From an uncultured archaeon (GTDB lineage: Archaea > Iainarchaeota > Iainarchaeia > Iainarchaeales > VGJJ01), in NCBI GenBank assembly GCA_964557045.1, contig CAZKYB010000002.1, forward strand, positions 1,212 to 65,211: a DNA stretch of 64,000 nt, given 5' to 3'. Positions 46,324 to 56,391 of this stretch are shown piece after piece. Within the stretch, counting starts at the first letter, position 1. Each line of letters opens with the position of its first letter. The notes beneath the pieces were generated by a model. That model saw only the letters and a program-made list of their open reading frames with translations, ran no database searches and was not told where the DNA came from. Position numbers and translations under genes: made by a program.

Positions 46324-47451
46324 TTACGCCTTCGGCCCATTCCACTTACCACTCTTCACGCGTTCTATCGCAATGCGCATGGCCGCATCGCGAGGGGATA
46401 ATTTAGCCCGATCCATCTCCGCAAACATGGCCTTTACGTTCTTGTGGATCTTTCCTTCCACCATCTTGAACATCTGATTGGGAGTACCCCCAATGTGTTC
46501 CACGTAGGAGGAAATAACTCCCCCGGCATTGGCTACAAAATCAGGAACAATCAAGGTGCCCTTACCCCACAAACGAGACTCTACGCCCGTGGACATGGAG
46601 ATGTTGCTTCCTTGCACCACTAACTTGTGCTTGACCTGATTCACATTACTCATGGTCACCAAATCCGGAATCGCCGCCGTCACCAAGACATTCGCGGGGG
46701 CCGTGAGAATGTTGCTTCCTTTCTTGGCATACTTCCCACGATACGCCGTCACGTGACCGTGCTCGGATTTGACGTTCATCAAGCGCTCATAATCCAAACC
46801 CTTCTTGTCCTGAATAACCCCTGAAGAATCGGAGACCGCCGTCACGGGAACCCCCCACTCGGACAAATACTTGTGGACGAAGGTCCCCACGTTCCCATAT
46901 CCCTCAATAGCCACTCGTGCGTCGGAGGGATTCATCCCCATGTATTTCAACGCGAGCAGGGTGGAATGCGCTACTCCAAAACCGGTGCTGCCTAACTCAT
47001 GCGGGATTCCACCCATCTTGGAAGGCTTTCCCGTACACACTTTTCTATTTCCAGCCGCAATTGCAATCTGACCCATTTCCTTTTCAGTCGTGTTGATGTC
47101 CGGCCCTGCAACATACAAGGAAGGGGCGATTCCCTTCAGCGCGCGACCAAAGGCCTCAATCATCTGCTTCTTCTTTTGAGGCGTCAGTTGTTTAGGATCG
47201 GCAAAAATTCCCGACTTGGCCCCACCAAAGGGAAGGTCGGCCATGGCATTCTTCCACGTCATGGTTCGTGCAAGTCTACGCACTTCATTTTCACTCACAC
47301 TTCCAGTCATGCGGATGCCGCCCTTACCTAATCCTCGACGCGTATTATCAATCACAATCACGCCGCGCATGCCTGACTTTGCATCATACACGTGAATGAC
47401 TTTCTCTGGACCAAATTCATCGTAGTTTGCCATAAAACCAACCACCTGCAT
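46324..47451 (-). CDS. gdh: Glu/Leu/Phe/Val dehydrogenase family (short glutamate dehydrogenase-like).
   Basis: GLGKGGIRM and FGGAKSGI motifs. 375 aa. Confidence 0.75.
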   Translation of the reverse strand: MQVVGFMANYDEFGPEKVIHVYDAKSGMRGVIVIDNTRRGLGKGGIRMTGSVSENEVRRLARTMTWKNAMADLPFGGAKSGIFADPKQLTPQKKKQMIEAFGRALKGIAPSLYVAGPDINTTEKEMGQIAIAAGNRKVCTGKPSKMGGIPHELGSTGFGVAHSTLLALKYMGMNPSDARVAIEGYGNVGTFVHKYLSEWGVPVTAVSDSSGVIQDKKGLDYERLMNVKSEHGHVTAYRGKYAKKGSNILTAPANVLVTAAIPDLVTMSNVNQVKHKLVVQGSNISMSTGVESRLWGKGTLIVPDFVANAGGVISSYVEHIGGTPNQMFKMVEGKIHKNVKAMFAEMDRAKLSPRDAAMRIAIERVKSGKWNGPKA

Positions 47452-47501
47452 GCAGGGAAAACTTGGACTTTAAAAAAACAGGAGAATCAAAACCAAAACG
47501 G

Positions 47502-48440
47502 TCAGTATTTCCCTTCGGCCTGGAGCTTTTCCAGATACCATTCGGCTTCCAATGCCGCCTGGCAACCGGTTCCAGCCGAAGTAATGGCTTGCTTGTAGCG
47601 AGGATCCATCACATCCCCGGCGGCATAAATCCCGGGAACACTCGTACGGACACCATTTCCTTTGATGAAACCCTCTTCGGTCAACTCAATCAATCCCTTC
47701 AAGAAACCCGTGTTGGGAATGTGACCAATCGCGAGAAAAACCCCGTCGGTGGCCAGCGTGGATTCTTTTCCCGAATTCACATCCTTAATTTTCAACCCCT
47801 TCACCAATTTTTCCCCCGTGACCTCAACAGGGACCGTGTTCCACAGCACGGAAATCTTATCCTTCAGACCTAACACCCGATCCTGCATGATTTGAGAGGC
47901 TTTGAACTCGTCGCGGCGGTGGACAATGTACACTTTGCTCGCAAACTTGTACAGGGCCATACTTTCTTCCATCGCCGAGTCGCCGCCCCCAATCACCACG
48001 GCGGTTTTACCCCGATATAAGGCCGCATCACACACCGCGCACGTACTTACCCCCCGACCAAAAAATTGCTTTTCACCCGGAATGCCTGTTTTACGCGCGG
48101 AGGCGCCCGTGCAAATGATTAAGGTGCGCGACTGGAATTTTTCATCCTCACTTGTAACAATCTCAAACCCGCCGGCCATCTTTTTGACACTTGTAACTTG
48201 AGCGTTCTTGTATTCGGCCCCAAAACGCTGCGCCTGTTTCTTGGCATTCTCAATCAAATCCGGACCATTAATCCCTTCAGGAAACCCGGGAAAATTCTCC
48301 ACAATCGTGGTCAAACTCAACTGATCCGGCTCATCCCCCGAAAGAACGAGTGGAGAAAGAGACGCACGTGCCGTGTATATCGCGGCCGTGTGAGCGGAAA
48401 TACCCCCGCCGATAATAATTACATCACGCATGGACGACAT
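47502..48440 (-). CDS. trxB: Thioredoxin reductase.
   Basis: FAD GGGISA, redox-active CAVCDA and NAD GGGDSA motifs. Confidence 0.9.
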   Translation of the reverse strand: MSSMRDVIIIGGGISAHTAAIYTARASLSPLVLSGDEPDQLSLTTIVENFPGFPEGINGPDLIENAKKQAQRFGAEYKNAQVTSVKKMAGGFEIVTSEDEKFQSRTLIICTGASARKTGIPGEKQFFGRGVSTCAVCDAALYRGKTAVVIGGGDSAMEESMALYKFASKVYIVHRRDEFKASQIMQDRVLGLKDKISVLWNTVPVEVTGEKLVKGLKIKDVNSGKESTLATDGVFLAIGHIPNTGFLKGLIELTEEGFIKGNGVRTSVPGIYAAGDVMDPRYKQAITSAGTGCQAALEAEWYLEKLQAEGKY

Positions 48441-48481
48441 GTAGGAAATAGGACAGGAAAGGGATTAAATAACAAACCCAA

Positions 48482-49168
48482 TCACGACGACAAAACGTCA
48501 GAGACGAGAGATCGATAGGCCGAATAGTATGCCGGAAGATCCGCAAGAAGCACCGAAACGGCCTCCTTGGAAGAACGCACGCATGCACCCAAGTCCACTG
48601 AGGAAGGACAAGACTCGAGTAGACGCGCCGCCTGGTCCGATTTATCCTGGAGATTCGCAAACTGCGATTTCAAGGCCGCGTAACGAACCGCATATTCCGA
48701 CACCCCCCCGCGTTGATCGTGAAGGATATCCAACCGCAAGAGAGAGGTTTCCATTTTCGAAATTACTAAATCAACACGCTGATAGATCACAGAAAGGCGA
48801 TTGAGAATGGCCATCAACACCCGCTGACGCTGCAATGAAAGGGAATTGCGCAAAGAGGATTGTTCCGCAGAAGAAGCATCCTGAAGACGCGCACGAATGA
48901 GTTGGTACTGCGCACGCTCAACTTGCAGCACATCCTGCGTAGATTTTTCAATCGTGGAAATCCCCGAAAGTGTTTGAACCGCGGACGCGCGCACCGAGAC
49001 CGGCACGATGGGAACCGAAGAAACCGCCACCGTGGAATCGGCAACCCCCGTCACGAGACCGGTGGGGGAACGCAAAGAGGAAGGAGGGGAATCCAGTTCC
49101 CGCGCCTCCACCAGCGAGAGACATCCCCCAAAAAGAACCAGCAAGGCGAAAACGTGAATGACGCGCAT
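48482..49168 (-). CDS. Secreted coiled-coil protein with a possible lipobox (LFGGC). Unknown function.
   Basis: Signal peptide MRVIHVFALLVLFGGCLSLVEA followed by long helical heptad-like segments. Confidence 0.5.
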   Translation of the reverse strand: MRVIHVFALLVLFGGCLSLVEARELDSPPSSLRSPTGLVTGVADSTVAVSSVPIVPVSVRASAVQTLSGISTIEKSTQDVLQVERAQYQLIRARLQDASSAEQSSLRNSLSLQRQRVLMAILNRLSVIYQRVDLVISKMETSLLRLDILHDQRGGVSEYAVRYAALKSQFANLQDKSDQAARLLESCPSSVDLGACVRSSKEAVSVLLADLPAYYSAYRSLVSDVLSS

Positions 49169-49323
49169 ATCTCAAAACAATCCATCCCCGCGTTTAAAAC
49201 CATACTTTATGGAATGGAAATGGACCGATGGACGAGCGAAAAATGCTTTATACGCCCCCCATTTGAGCCAAACCCCGGGCATAAAGCCTCGTTCTTTTAA
49301 GGAAAACACGGCCCATACCTAGA

Positions 49324-50130
49324 ATGAAGACCACCCTACTGATGATAGGGGTGTTGCTTGCCCTCTCCCCGTTGACGCATGCCGCCATAATTACTGGAAC
49401 CACGTATGACGGACTCACCCTGGACGTGCTACCTAACACCATCGTCACCATCAACACGACCCCCGCCCAAACCAAACTCGTGAAGGACGGAATGTACTCC
49501 TTTGATGTGCCGGTGGGAAAATACACCCTTAAGGGGACGTATCTCGAACAAGGAATTGTCGTCCAAGAAGCCCTCCACTCATTGAATGTGGAGAAAGAAG
49601 GCACCTACACGGTGGATCTGATTCTTCTCCCGGATTTAGGAGACATTCCGAATGATCCCCTGCCGGACGACGAGCCCCTCACCTGGGTGGATCAATTGAC
49701 GCAGGGAATACTACCCTGGCTCATCCTCTTAGCCATTGTCATGGGAGGTGCGGCGTATGCTATTCACCAAACGCGGAAGAATACCCACGCACGCTATGCC
49801 GAACATCCCGAATCCAAAAAGGAAGAGAAGGAAAATGAAAAAATAAAAACAGACGAAATCCAACTCGATCGATACGCGTTAGAGGTATTGAATGATCTCA
49901 AGCGCGGAGGAAACCGGCTCACTCAAAAAGAGCTTCGATCCATGATCAACATCGGAGAGGCGAAAGTGTCACTGGTCGTCTCGGAAATGGAAACATACGG
50001 ACTCATCAAAAAAATAAAAAAAGGAAGAGGAAATATCCTCATCCTTACAGAAAAGGGACGCGAAGAATTAGAGAAACAACCCCCCGCGCACCCGATAGAA
50101 GAAAAAAAAGAACCCGAAACGCCATTGTGA
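49324..50130 (+). CDS. Membrane-tethered one-component transcription regulator: exported beta-sandwich sensor-like domain, one TM helix and a cytoplasmic winged-HTH.
   Basis: Signal peptide, then a roughly 150-aa ectodomain (YSFDVPVGKYTLKGTY looks like a CarboxypepD_reg-like beta sandwich), then the TM helix ILPWLILLAIVMGGAAYAI, then the wHTH LTQKELRSMINIGEAKVSLVVSEMETYGLIKK. Confidence 0.6.
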   Translation: MKTTLLMIGVLLALSPLTHAAIITGTTYDGLTLDVLPNTIVTINTTPAQTKLVKDGMYSFDVPVGKYTLKGTYLEQGIVVQEALHSLNVEKEGTYTVDLILLPDLGDIPNDPLPDDEPLTWVDQLTQGILPWLILLAIVMGGAAYAIHQTRKNTHARYAEHPESKKEEKENEKIKTDEIQLDRYALEVLNDLKRGGNRLTQKELRSMINIGEAKVSLVVSEMETYGLIKKIKKGRGNILILTEKGREELEKQPPAHPIEEKKEPETPL

Positions 50131-50137
50131 AAACCCA

Positions 50138-51361
50138 TCACGCGTGACGGGAAACGTTTTCCTTCTTCGCTTGATCCATCACAGCCTTCGCCACCACCTT
50201 GGCCACGCTCGCATCCTGCAGGGGAGGAAGAATACGATCCGCAGTCGGAGACTTGACCATCCCTGCCAATGCTAATGCCGCCGCCATATTCATCCCTTCG
50301 GTAATCCGTGTGGCGCGCGCATCCATGGCTCCGCGGAAAATCCCTGGGAAAGCCAATGCATTATTCGCCTGATTCGGAAAATCTGAACGACCTGTGGCCA
50401 CGACTTTCGCCCCAGCCCTCTTCGCTTCGTCCGGCATGATTTCAGGAATGGGATTCGCCAGGCCAAAAATAATAGGATTCTTTCCCATATGCTTGATCCA
50501 TTCCGGCTTCAATGCCCCTGCCACGGACACACCTATGAAGACATCCATCCCCTTCAAGGCGTCCTTCAATTCGCCCTTCACATGCGAGGGATTCGAAAAC
50601 GACAACAATTCTCGCTTCGCCGGATCCAAATCCTTGCGCGAGCGTTCGACCACTCCCTTCGAGTCGCAGAGGATAATTTCTTTCACGGAAGGAAAGCCCT
50701 TGGGAACCCCCACTCCTTTCAGCATCTTCGCAATCGCATTACCCGCCGCGCCCGCTCCATTGATGCACACACGCAAGGAGGAAAAGTCCTTCTTCACCAC
50801 CTTTGAAGCATTCCATAATCCTGCATACACGACCACGGCCGTGCCGTGCTGGTCATCATGAAAGACAGGAATTCCCAAATCCTGCAACGCCGCCTCAATC
50901 TCAAAACACTTGGGGGCAACAAAATCCTCTAAATTAATCGCCCCGAAAACAGGGGCAATGTTTCGGATAATCGAAATGATTTCCTTCGTGTCTTGCGTCA
51001 CGAGACAAATGGGAAATGCGTCAATGCCCCCTAATTCCTTGAACAAGACCGCCTTTCCTTCCATCACCGGAATGGCCCCATACGCACCGAGGTTTCCCAA
51101 TCCTAAGACCTTGGACCCATCACTAATAACACCCAAGGAATTCTTTTTCAGCGTCAAATCAAACGCACGCTCAACGTTATCGGCCACGACTTGGGAGACT
51201 TTTCCCACGCCGGGAGTGTAGGCAATTGAAAGATCATGAGAGGTCTTCACGGGAACCTTGCTGTAGGTCCCTAACTTCCCCCCTAAGCGATGATGCACCG
51301 CCACGGATTCAGAACCAATGTCCATCTTCTTCGTATTGGGAGTCTTTTTCATCACGATCAC
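50138..51361 (-). CDS. maeA: NAD(P)-dependent malic enzyme.
   Basis: Malic enzyme N-domain and NAD-binding domain (GAGAAG), in the short prokaryotic form of 407 aa. Confidence 0.85.
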   Translation of the reverse strand: MIVMKKTPNTKKMDIGSESVAVHHRLGGKLGTYSKVPVKTSHDLSIAYTPGVGKVSQVVADNVERAFDLTLKKNSLGVISDGSKVLGLGNLGAYGAIPVMEGKAVLFKELGGIDAFPICLVTQDTKEIISIIRNIAPVFGAINLEDFVAPKCFEIEAALQDLGIPVFHDDQHGTAVVVYAGLWNASKVVKKDFSSLRVCINGAGAAGNAIAKMLKGVGVPKGFPSVKEIILCDSKGVVERSRKDLDPAKRELLSFSNPSHVKGELKDALKGMDVFIGVSVAGALKPEWIKHMGKNPIIFGLANPIPEIMPDEAKRAGAKVVATGRSDFPNQANNALAFPGIFRGAMDARATRITEGMNMAAALALAGMVKSPTADRILPPLQDASVAKVVAKAVMDQAKKENVSRHA

Positions 51362-51549
51362 GCTCGCAGAATGAGATTATTCGAAGGAGAGGAGGTGGAT
51401 AAGGATTAAAAATGCGCGATTCCTCCCTGAATCAGTCAATTGACGGAGGAACTCCCCACATGCCCGGAAAAAAAGACACCAAGAAAAAAGAAACCAAGAA
51501 AGAAAGCCACCAATGCGAGTTCTGCTAACACCCGCGAAGGGATTCCTGC

Positions 51550-52485
51550 GTGATTGAATACCTCCTTTTTCTCGGATCCCTTCTTGTGATGGTCAAGGCG
51601 AGCCGATGGACCATCGACTCGTCGATTCGACTCTCAGACCACTACGGGATATCCCGCCTCGCATTTGGATTCGTCGTCATCGCCGTGTTTGTTTCCCTCC
51701 CCGACCTCACCATCGCCAGCATCGCCTCCCAACTAGGAGATGCCCCCCTGGGGGTGGGGGATGCACTGGGAAGCACCGTGGCCAACATATGCCTCGTCAT
51801 CGGAACCGCCACGGTCTTCAGACGAATCAAAATTGCCCGCTCCCACGTCGTGGATTCGGCGGAGATGCTCCTCATTATCTCACTCATCCCACTCATTCTA
51901 CTGATGAATGGATTCGGACACGTCATGGAAGGAATGGTACTGGTAACCGTATTCCTCTTCTACATCTTCCTGATGATGAAAGAGAAAATTTCTCTCCCCA
52001 CCATCAAAGTCACCAAGAAGAAGGAGATGTCCAGCGTCATTGGACTTTTCCTCGCCGGAGTACTCCTGACGGTTGTCAGCGGACACTTCCTCGTGGATGC
52101 GGCACGAATCATAGCCATAGACTGGGGAATCCCCTCCGCGGTCGTGGGATTAACCATCGTGTCATTTGGAACGACCATCCCTGAACTCATCATTAACTTC
52201 CGCGCCGTCAGAAAAGGAGAAATTGCCCTGGCCATAGGAGAAATACTCGGAAGTAGCGTGGTCAATCTTACCCTCGTGCTAGGGAGCGCATTCATCTGGT
52301 CCCCCACCCCCATCGACTTTACCTACTTTACCTTACCCGTCACGTTCATCGTGGTGGCCAACTCCTTGTTGGCGTCCTACTTCATCAAACACGAAGCCGT
52401 AGGGCGCGCGCAAGGAGCATTATTCCTGGGAATGTACGGAGTATTCCTTTTCGCCCAGGTCGCGGGAATACTCCTCATCACGTAG
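51550..52485 (+). CDS. Na+/Ca2+ exchanger (CaCA family) membrane transporter.
   Basis: Two alpha-repeat motifs (GSTVANI; GTTIPEL) in a polytopic protein. Confidence 0.8.
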   Translation: MIEYLLFLGSLLVMVKASRWTIDSSIRLSDHYGISRLAFGFVVIAVFVSLPDLTIASIASQLGDAPLGVGDALGSTVANICLVIGTATVFRRIKIARSHVVDSAEMLLIISLIPLILLMNGFGHVMEGMVLVTVFLFYIFLMMKEKISLPTIKVTKKKEMSSVIGLFLAGVLLTVVSGHFLVDAARIIAIDWGIPSAVVGLTIVSFGTTIPELIINFRAVRKGEIALAIGEILGSSVVNLTLVLGSAFIWSPTPIDFTYFTLPVTFIVVANSLLASYFIKHEAVGRAQGALFLGMYGVFLFAQVAGILLIT

Positions 52486-52497
52486 ATTTGGAACCAG

Positions 52498-52803
52498 TTA
52501 GAGAAGACCCATCATGCCCTTCAACTCGTCTGAAGGCTGCCACAAGGGTTCAAAGGTCAACACCACTTCCACGTGCTCCACGTGAGGAATTTTTCGCACG
52601 GCTGACTTGACCAATTCAAGCAGGAACGGACCATATGGACACCCCGGGGAAGTCAGCGTCATCGTGACCTGGACCGTTCCCCCCTCAATCCTAATTCCGT
52701 AAACTAATTCGAGCGTGATAATGTCCATGTGCAACTCGGGATCCTCCACTCCCTTCAGGGCCTCTCGAACCTGAACCTCGGTAATCAAACTCTCGGATGT
52801 CAT
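52498..52803 (-). CDS. DUF59 / SufT-like Fe-S assembly protein (MIP18 family).
   Basis: About 100 aa with an SPGCP-type motif (TSPGCPYG). It sits at the 3' end of the SUF operon. Confidence 0.65.
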   Translation of the reverse strand: MTSESLITEVQVREALKGVEDPELHMDIITLELVYGIRIEGGTVQVTMTLTSPGCPYGPFLLELVKSAVRKIPHVEHVEVVLTFEPLWQPSDELKGMMGLL

Positions 52804-53549
52804 GCCTTCACCTCCGCCCGAATGGAATCAAACCCGTCCTTCTCAATATGCTGGGCCAACTCCATCCCGCCACTCTTGACTATTTTCCCATCCATCAACA
52901 CATACACCTTGCTCGGCTTCACATAGTGGAGAATACGATTGTAGTGCGTGATGAGCAGCACCCCCATCTTATTCTGATGCGAAACGGCCGTAATTCCTTC
53001 CCCTAAAACCTTCAACGCATCCACATCCGTACCGGAATCCGTTTCATCTAAAATGGCAATACGAGGCTCGAGCATGGCTAACTGCAAAATCTCATTCCGC
53101 TTCTTTTCTCCGCCCGAAAAGCCCTCATTGAGGTAGCGATTAACCAGCTTAGAATCCATCTTCAACAACGACATCTTTTCCTTTAGCTTTGTGATGAAAT
53201 CCGAAACCTTCATCGGAGTAGTTGAGCGTGCGTTGATGGCCGTGCGCAAAAAATTCGACACGGTGACACCGGAAACCTCGGCAGGGTATTGAAACGAAAG
53301 AAACAAACCCGCCTTGGAACGCTCATGGGGTTTCATCGCTAAAACATCCTTCCCGTGGAAGTGAATACTCCCCTTCGTCACGCGATATTTGGGATGACCC
53401 ACCAACACGTATGCCAACGTGGACTTCCCACTCCCATTCGGACCCATCAACGCGACGATTTCCCCCTCATTGAGTGAGAGATCAATTCCCGAGAGGATTT
53501 CCTTATCCCCCACCGAGACGTGCAATCCTTTAATCTCTAAATCAGCCAT
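52800..53549 (-). CDS. sufC: SufC, the Fe-S assembly ATPase.
   Basis: ABC ATPase with Walker A GPNGSGKST, FSGGEKKR signature and ILDETDSG. Start moved to MADLEIKGL. Confidence 0.85.
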   Translation of the reverse strand: MADLEIKGLHVSVGDKEILSGIDLSLNEGEIVALMGPNGSGKSTLAYVLVGHPKYRVTKGSIHFHGKDVLAMKPHERSKAGLFLSFQYPAEVSGVTVSNFLRTAINARSTTPMKVSDFITKLKEKMSLLKMDSKLVNRYLNEGFSGGEKKRNEILQLAMLEPRIAILDETDSGTDVDALKVLGEGITAVSHQNKMGVLLITHYNRILHYVKPSKVYVLMDGKIVKSGGMELAQHIEKDGFDSIRAEVKA

Positions 53550-53550
53550 C

Positions 53551-53973
53551 CTATTTTCCCCCTTTCCCATACTTCTGATTAATCTTGAAGGCATTCTGAA
53601 TCGTATCCAGCGGAAGCATTGCACACTTCAGACGCGTGGGACCTAACTCGATCCCTAGTAACCCCAACACATCGGAACGGGACATCTTGGCCACCTGCGC
53701 CGCAGTTTTTCCCTTGATTTCTTCAGATAAAAGGGACGCGGAGGCCGTGGAAATTACGCATAAGGAGCCCGTAAAACGAACCTCCTCGATTTTCCCATTC
53801 GGACCTAATTTCAACTGAAAGGAAACATCATCTCCACACGAAAGATTCTTCTCGCGATGCTCTACATCTGGATGAGACAGCTTCCCGTGATTCTGGGGAT
53901 GCTGGTAGTGATCCATGATAAACTCACGATAAATTCCTTCACCGGCAAAATCACGCGACTTCGACTCACTCAT
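53551..53973 (-). CDS. sufU: SufU/IscU-like Fe-S scaffold.
   Basis: NifU-like N domain (NPSCGDDV-type, here LSCGDDV) with conserved Cys. Confidence 0.7.
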   Translation of the reverse strand: MSESKSRDFAGEGIYREFIMDHYQHPQNHGKLSHPDVEHREKNLSCGDDVSFQLKLGPNGKIEEVRFTGSLCVISTASASLLSEEIKGKTAAQVAKMSRSDVLGLLGIELGPTRLKCAMLPLDTIQNAFKINQKYGKGGK

Positions 53974-55213
53974 GGGATTTTCCCCCGAATACACGCTGTG
54001 CACGAATGAGACTCTCAACTAAGACATCAATCTCTTCCTTCGTGTTGTAAACTCCCACACTCAAGCGTGCAGAGGATGGAATCCCAAGCAGCTTGGACAA
54101 GGGCATCGCGCAATGATGTCCGGCACGGATTGCGACCCCGTCCTCGTTCAACCACGCCGCCACATCATGAGGGTGAATACCTTTCACGTTGAACGCAATG
54201 ACACCTGAACGATCCGAAACAGACGAAGGGCCGTACAAGGAAACCCCCTTCATGGAAGAAAGGCGTTTGAATGCGTGAGTCAAGAGTGTTTTCTCATGCG
54301 CACGGATGGAATCCATCCCTACTTTACGCAAAAAGTCTACTGCCGCACTCAGGCCAATACCTTCCGCAATGGGAGGAGTGCCCGATTCGAACTTCCATGG
54401 AAGATCATTCCAAGAAGCATCCGTGAAAGAGACCTCCCGCACCATCTCTCCACCAAAGGAAACCGGTTCGAGTTCACGCAGGAGGGATTCTTTTCCGTAC
54501 AACACCCCAATCCCGGTTGGACCATACATCTTGTGACCCGAAAAACACGCGAAATCGACCCCTAACTTGGTCACATCCAACGACAAATGAGGAATCGACT
54601 GGGCAGCATCCAACACGACCCATGCACTCACGGCATGCGCACGTGAAACAATGTCTTTCACGGGAATAATAGTCCCTAACACATTTGAAACATGGGGAAT
54701 CGCAACTATTTTCGTCCGGCGAGTAATCGAACGACCCAGAGAAGAGAGGTTCAACAGACCCGTTTTTGGATTAACAGGAATGAAACGCAACTTCGCACCC
54801 TTTGAACGAGCCAGCTGCTGCCAGGGAACCAGATTGGAATGATGTTCCATTTGGGTGACAAGAATCTCATCCCCTTTCTTCACCGAAGGAGCGAGCATCC
54901 GAGCGAGCATGTTCAAGGAATCCGTGGTGCCTCGCGTGAAGACAATCTCTTTCATCGAAGAGGCATGAATGAAATCCGCCACATTTTGGTGCGCGTGCTC
55001 ATACGCAAGAGTGGCCTCCTCGGCCAAGCGGTGAATCCCGCGGTGAACATTCGCATTACTTCTACGGTAATAGGAATCCATCGCACGCAAAACTGACAAG
55101 GGCTTCTGCGTCGTGGCGGCATTATCCAAATATACCAAGGGTTTTTTCCCCACCTTCCGAGAGAGAATGGGAAATTCCTTTCGAATTCGAGCAGTATGAA
55201 CCATCCGAGTCAT
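53966..55213 (-). CDS. sufS: Cysteine desulfurase SufS (class V aminotransferase).
   Basis: PLP-Lys context SGHKMYGPTGIGVLY and the active-site Cys region. 415 aa. Confidence 0.9.
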   Translation of the reverse strand: MTRMVHTARIRKEFPILSRKVGKKPLVYLDNAATTQKPLSVLRAMDSYYRRSNANVHRGIHRLAEEATLAYEHAHQNVADFIHASSMKEIVFTRGTTDSLNMLARMLAPSVKKGDEILVTQMEHHSNLVPWQQLARSKGAKLRFIPVNPKTGLLNLSSLGRSITRRTKIVAIPHVSNVLGTIIPVKDIVSRAHAVSAWVVLDAAQSIPHLSLDVTKLGVDFACFSGHKMYGPTGIGVLYGKESLLRELEPVSFGGEMVREVSFTDASWNDLPWKFESGTPPIAEGIGLSAAVDFLRKVGMDSIRAHEKTLLTHAFKRLSSMKGVSLYGPSSVSDRSGVIAFNVKGIHPHDVAAWLNEDGVAIRAGHHCAMPLSKLLGIPSSARLSVGVYNTKEEIDVLVESLIRAQRVFGGKSHE

Positions 55214-56385
55214 GCAACCAACTCCTCGTGCAAAGCCAGGGAATCCGCGTGAGAAGATAAATCCAGCGATTGGGCCAGGCAGGAACGAATCGTGGTCATG
55301 GAATCATGCAGAGGGAACTGATGTAGGACGTGCTCCAAGAACCCCTGAATATACAACGCCCGCGCCACATCCTCTGGAAGACCTCGAGAGGAGAGATAGA
55401 AAAGCTTCTCCTTATCCAAACGACCCACGGTCGCCGCATGAGCACAGCGAACGTCCGACCCTTCAATCTCCAACGCGGGAACGGGATCCGCCTCGGATTT
55501 CGGTGACAACAACAAAAAGTCCGCGCGCTGATTCCCCACGCTCCCCTTGGCTTCCTTTGTCATTTTCAACAAGCCCGAATACACACACTTTGCAGAATCA
55601 TCCAATACGCCGCGCACAACCAAACGACTCTTGCTCAAAGGAGACAAGTGAACGGCCGATTGAGATATATCAAAGATTTGTTCACCGGAGGCGGCAAGAA
55701 CCCCTAGATTTTGCGAAGAGGCATTCTCTCCAACTAAATCGGAAGAAACTTCCAGCTTGGTGAACGCGGAACCATGCTCGACCCAAAACCAATCCACGGA
55801 CGCATGATCGTCTACATGAGCGCGCTTGAATGAGGAATGAACACACGAAGGAGAGAGGGTTTGCTGGGAGACGATTGACACGTTGGAATGAGACGAGGCG
55901 AAAACCTCCACCACCGAACTCTGGAACGACGCATGAGGAACGGCTGACTCGGGAAGAATTAACGTAACGGAAGAATGAGGCTCTGCTACCACGAGGATGT
56001 GCGAATATACTAACGGCAACGATGGAAGAACCATCGGCGACGTGCTTCGCGTGTGAGCGGGAATATACACCAACAACCCATTTTGAATTTTGGAAAGGTG
56101 CAACTGCGCAAGAGGTGAATCTCCCTTCAGCAAGGACCCCACTTTCGAAAGAATGGAAGGATACTCCGAGAAAGCACGAGCGAAATCCGAAACTAAAACA
56201 CCGGATTCGTGAATGTGATGATGGGAAAATCCCTTGTTCGATTCATGAGTGGAACGGATCTTCAACCAATCCCATGAAGCAGGAGCAGATTGAATGTCTA
56301 ACCCATACTTGAATGCGGGAGAGGGAAGCGAAGACAACGTGTGAAGGGCGTTCGAGCGAATCGAAGAAAGAAAATCAGCCGACAT
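55210..56385 (-). CDS. sufD: SufD-like Fe-S assembly protein.
   Basis: SufB/D beta-helix family with a divergent N-terminus, between sufB and sufS. Confidence 0.7.
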   Translation of the reverse strand: MSADFLSSIRSNALHTLSSLPSPAFKYGLDIQSAPASWDWLKIRSTHESNKGFSHHHIHESGVLVSDFARAFSEYPSILSKVGSLLKGDSPLAQLHLSKIQNGLLVYIPAHTRSTSPMVLPSLPLVYSHILVVAEPHSSVTLILPESAVPHASFQSSVVEVFASSHSNVSIVSQQTLSPSCVHSSFKRAHVDDHASVDWFWVEHGSAFTKLEVSSDLVGENASSQNLGVLAASGEQIFDISQSAVHLSPLSKSRLVVRGVLDDSAKCVYSGLLKMTKEAKGSVGNQRADFLLLSPKSEADPVPALEIEGSDVRCAHAATVGRLDKEKLFYLSSRGLPEDVARALYIQGFLEHVLHQFPLHDSMTTIRSCLAQSLDLSSHADSLALHEELVA

Positions 56386-56391
56386 GGTGTT

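Noticed and set aside
46324-46345. 22-nt overlap between gdh and tgt as a possible programmed frameshift or fusion.
   Set aside because: The tgt N-terminal 24 aa are not conserved-looking. An internal ATG at 46273 begins the canonical TGT N-terminus (GARSGHL...TPFYMPVAT), so the overlap is an ORF-calling artifact.
51362-51549. Tiny Lys-rich ORF (MPGKKDTKKKETKKESHQCEFC) in the malic enzyme / CaCA intergenic region.
   Set aside because: It is 22 aa, low complexity, and has no start or promoter context. It is probably A-rich promoter DNA for the divergent genes.
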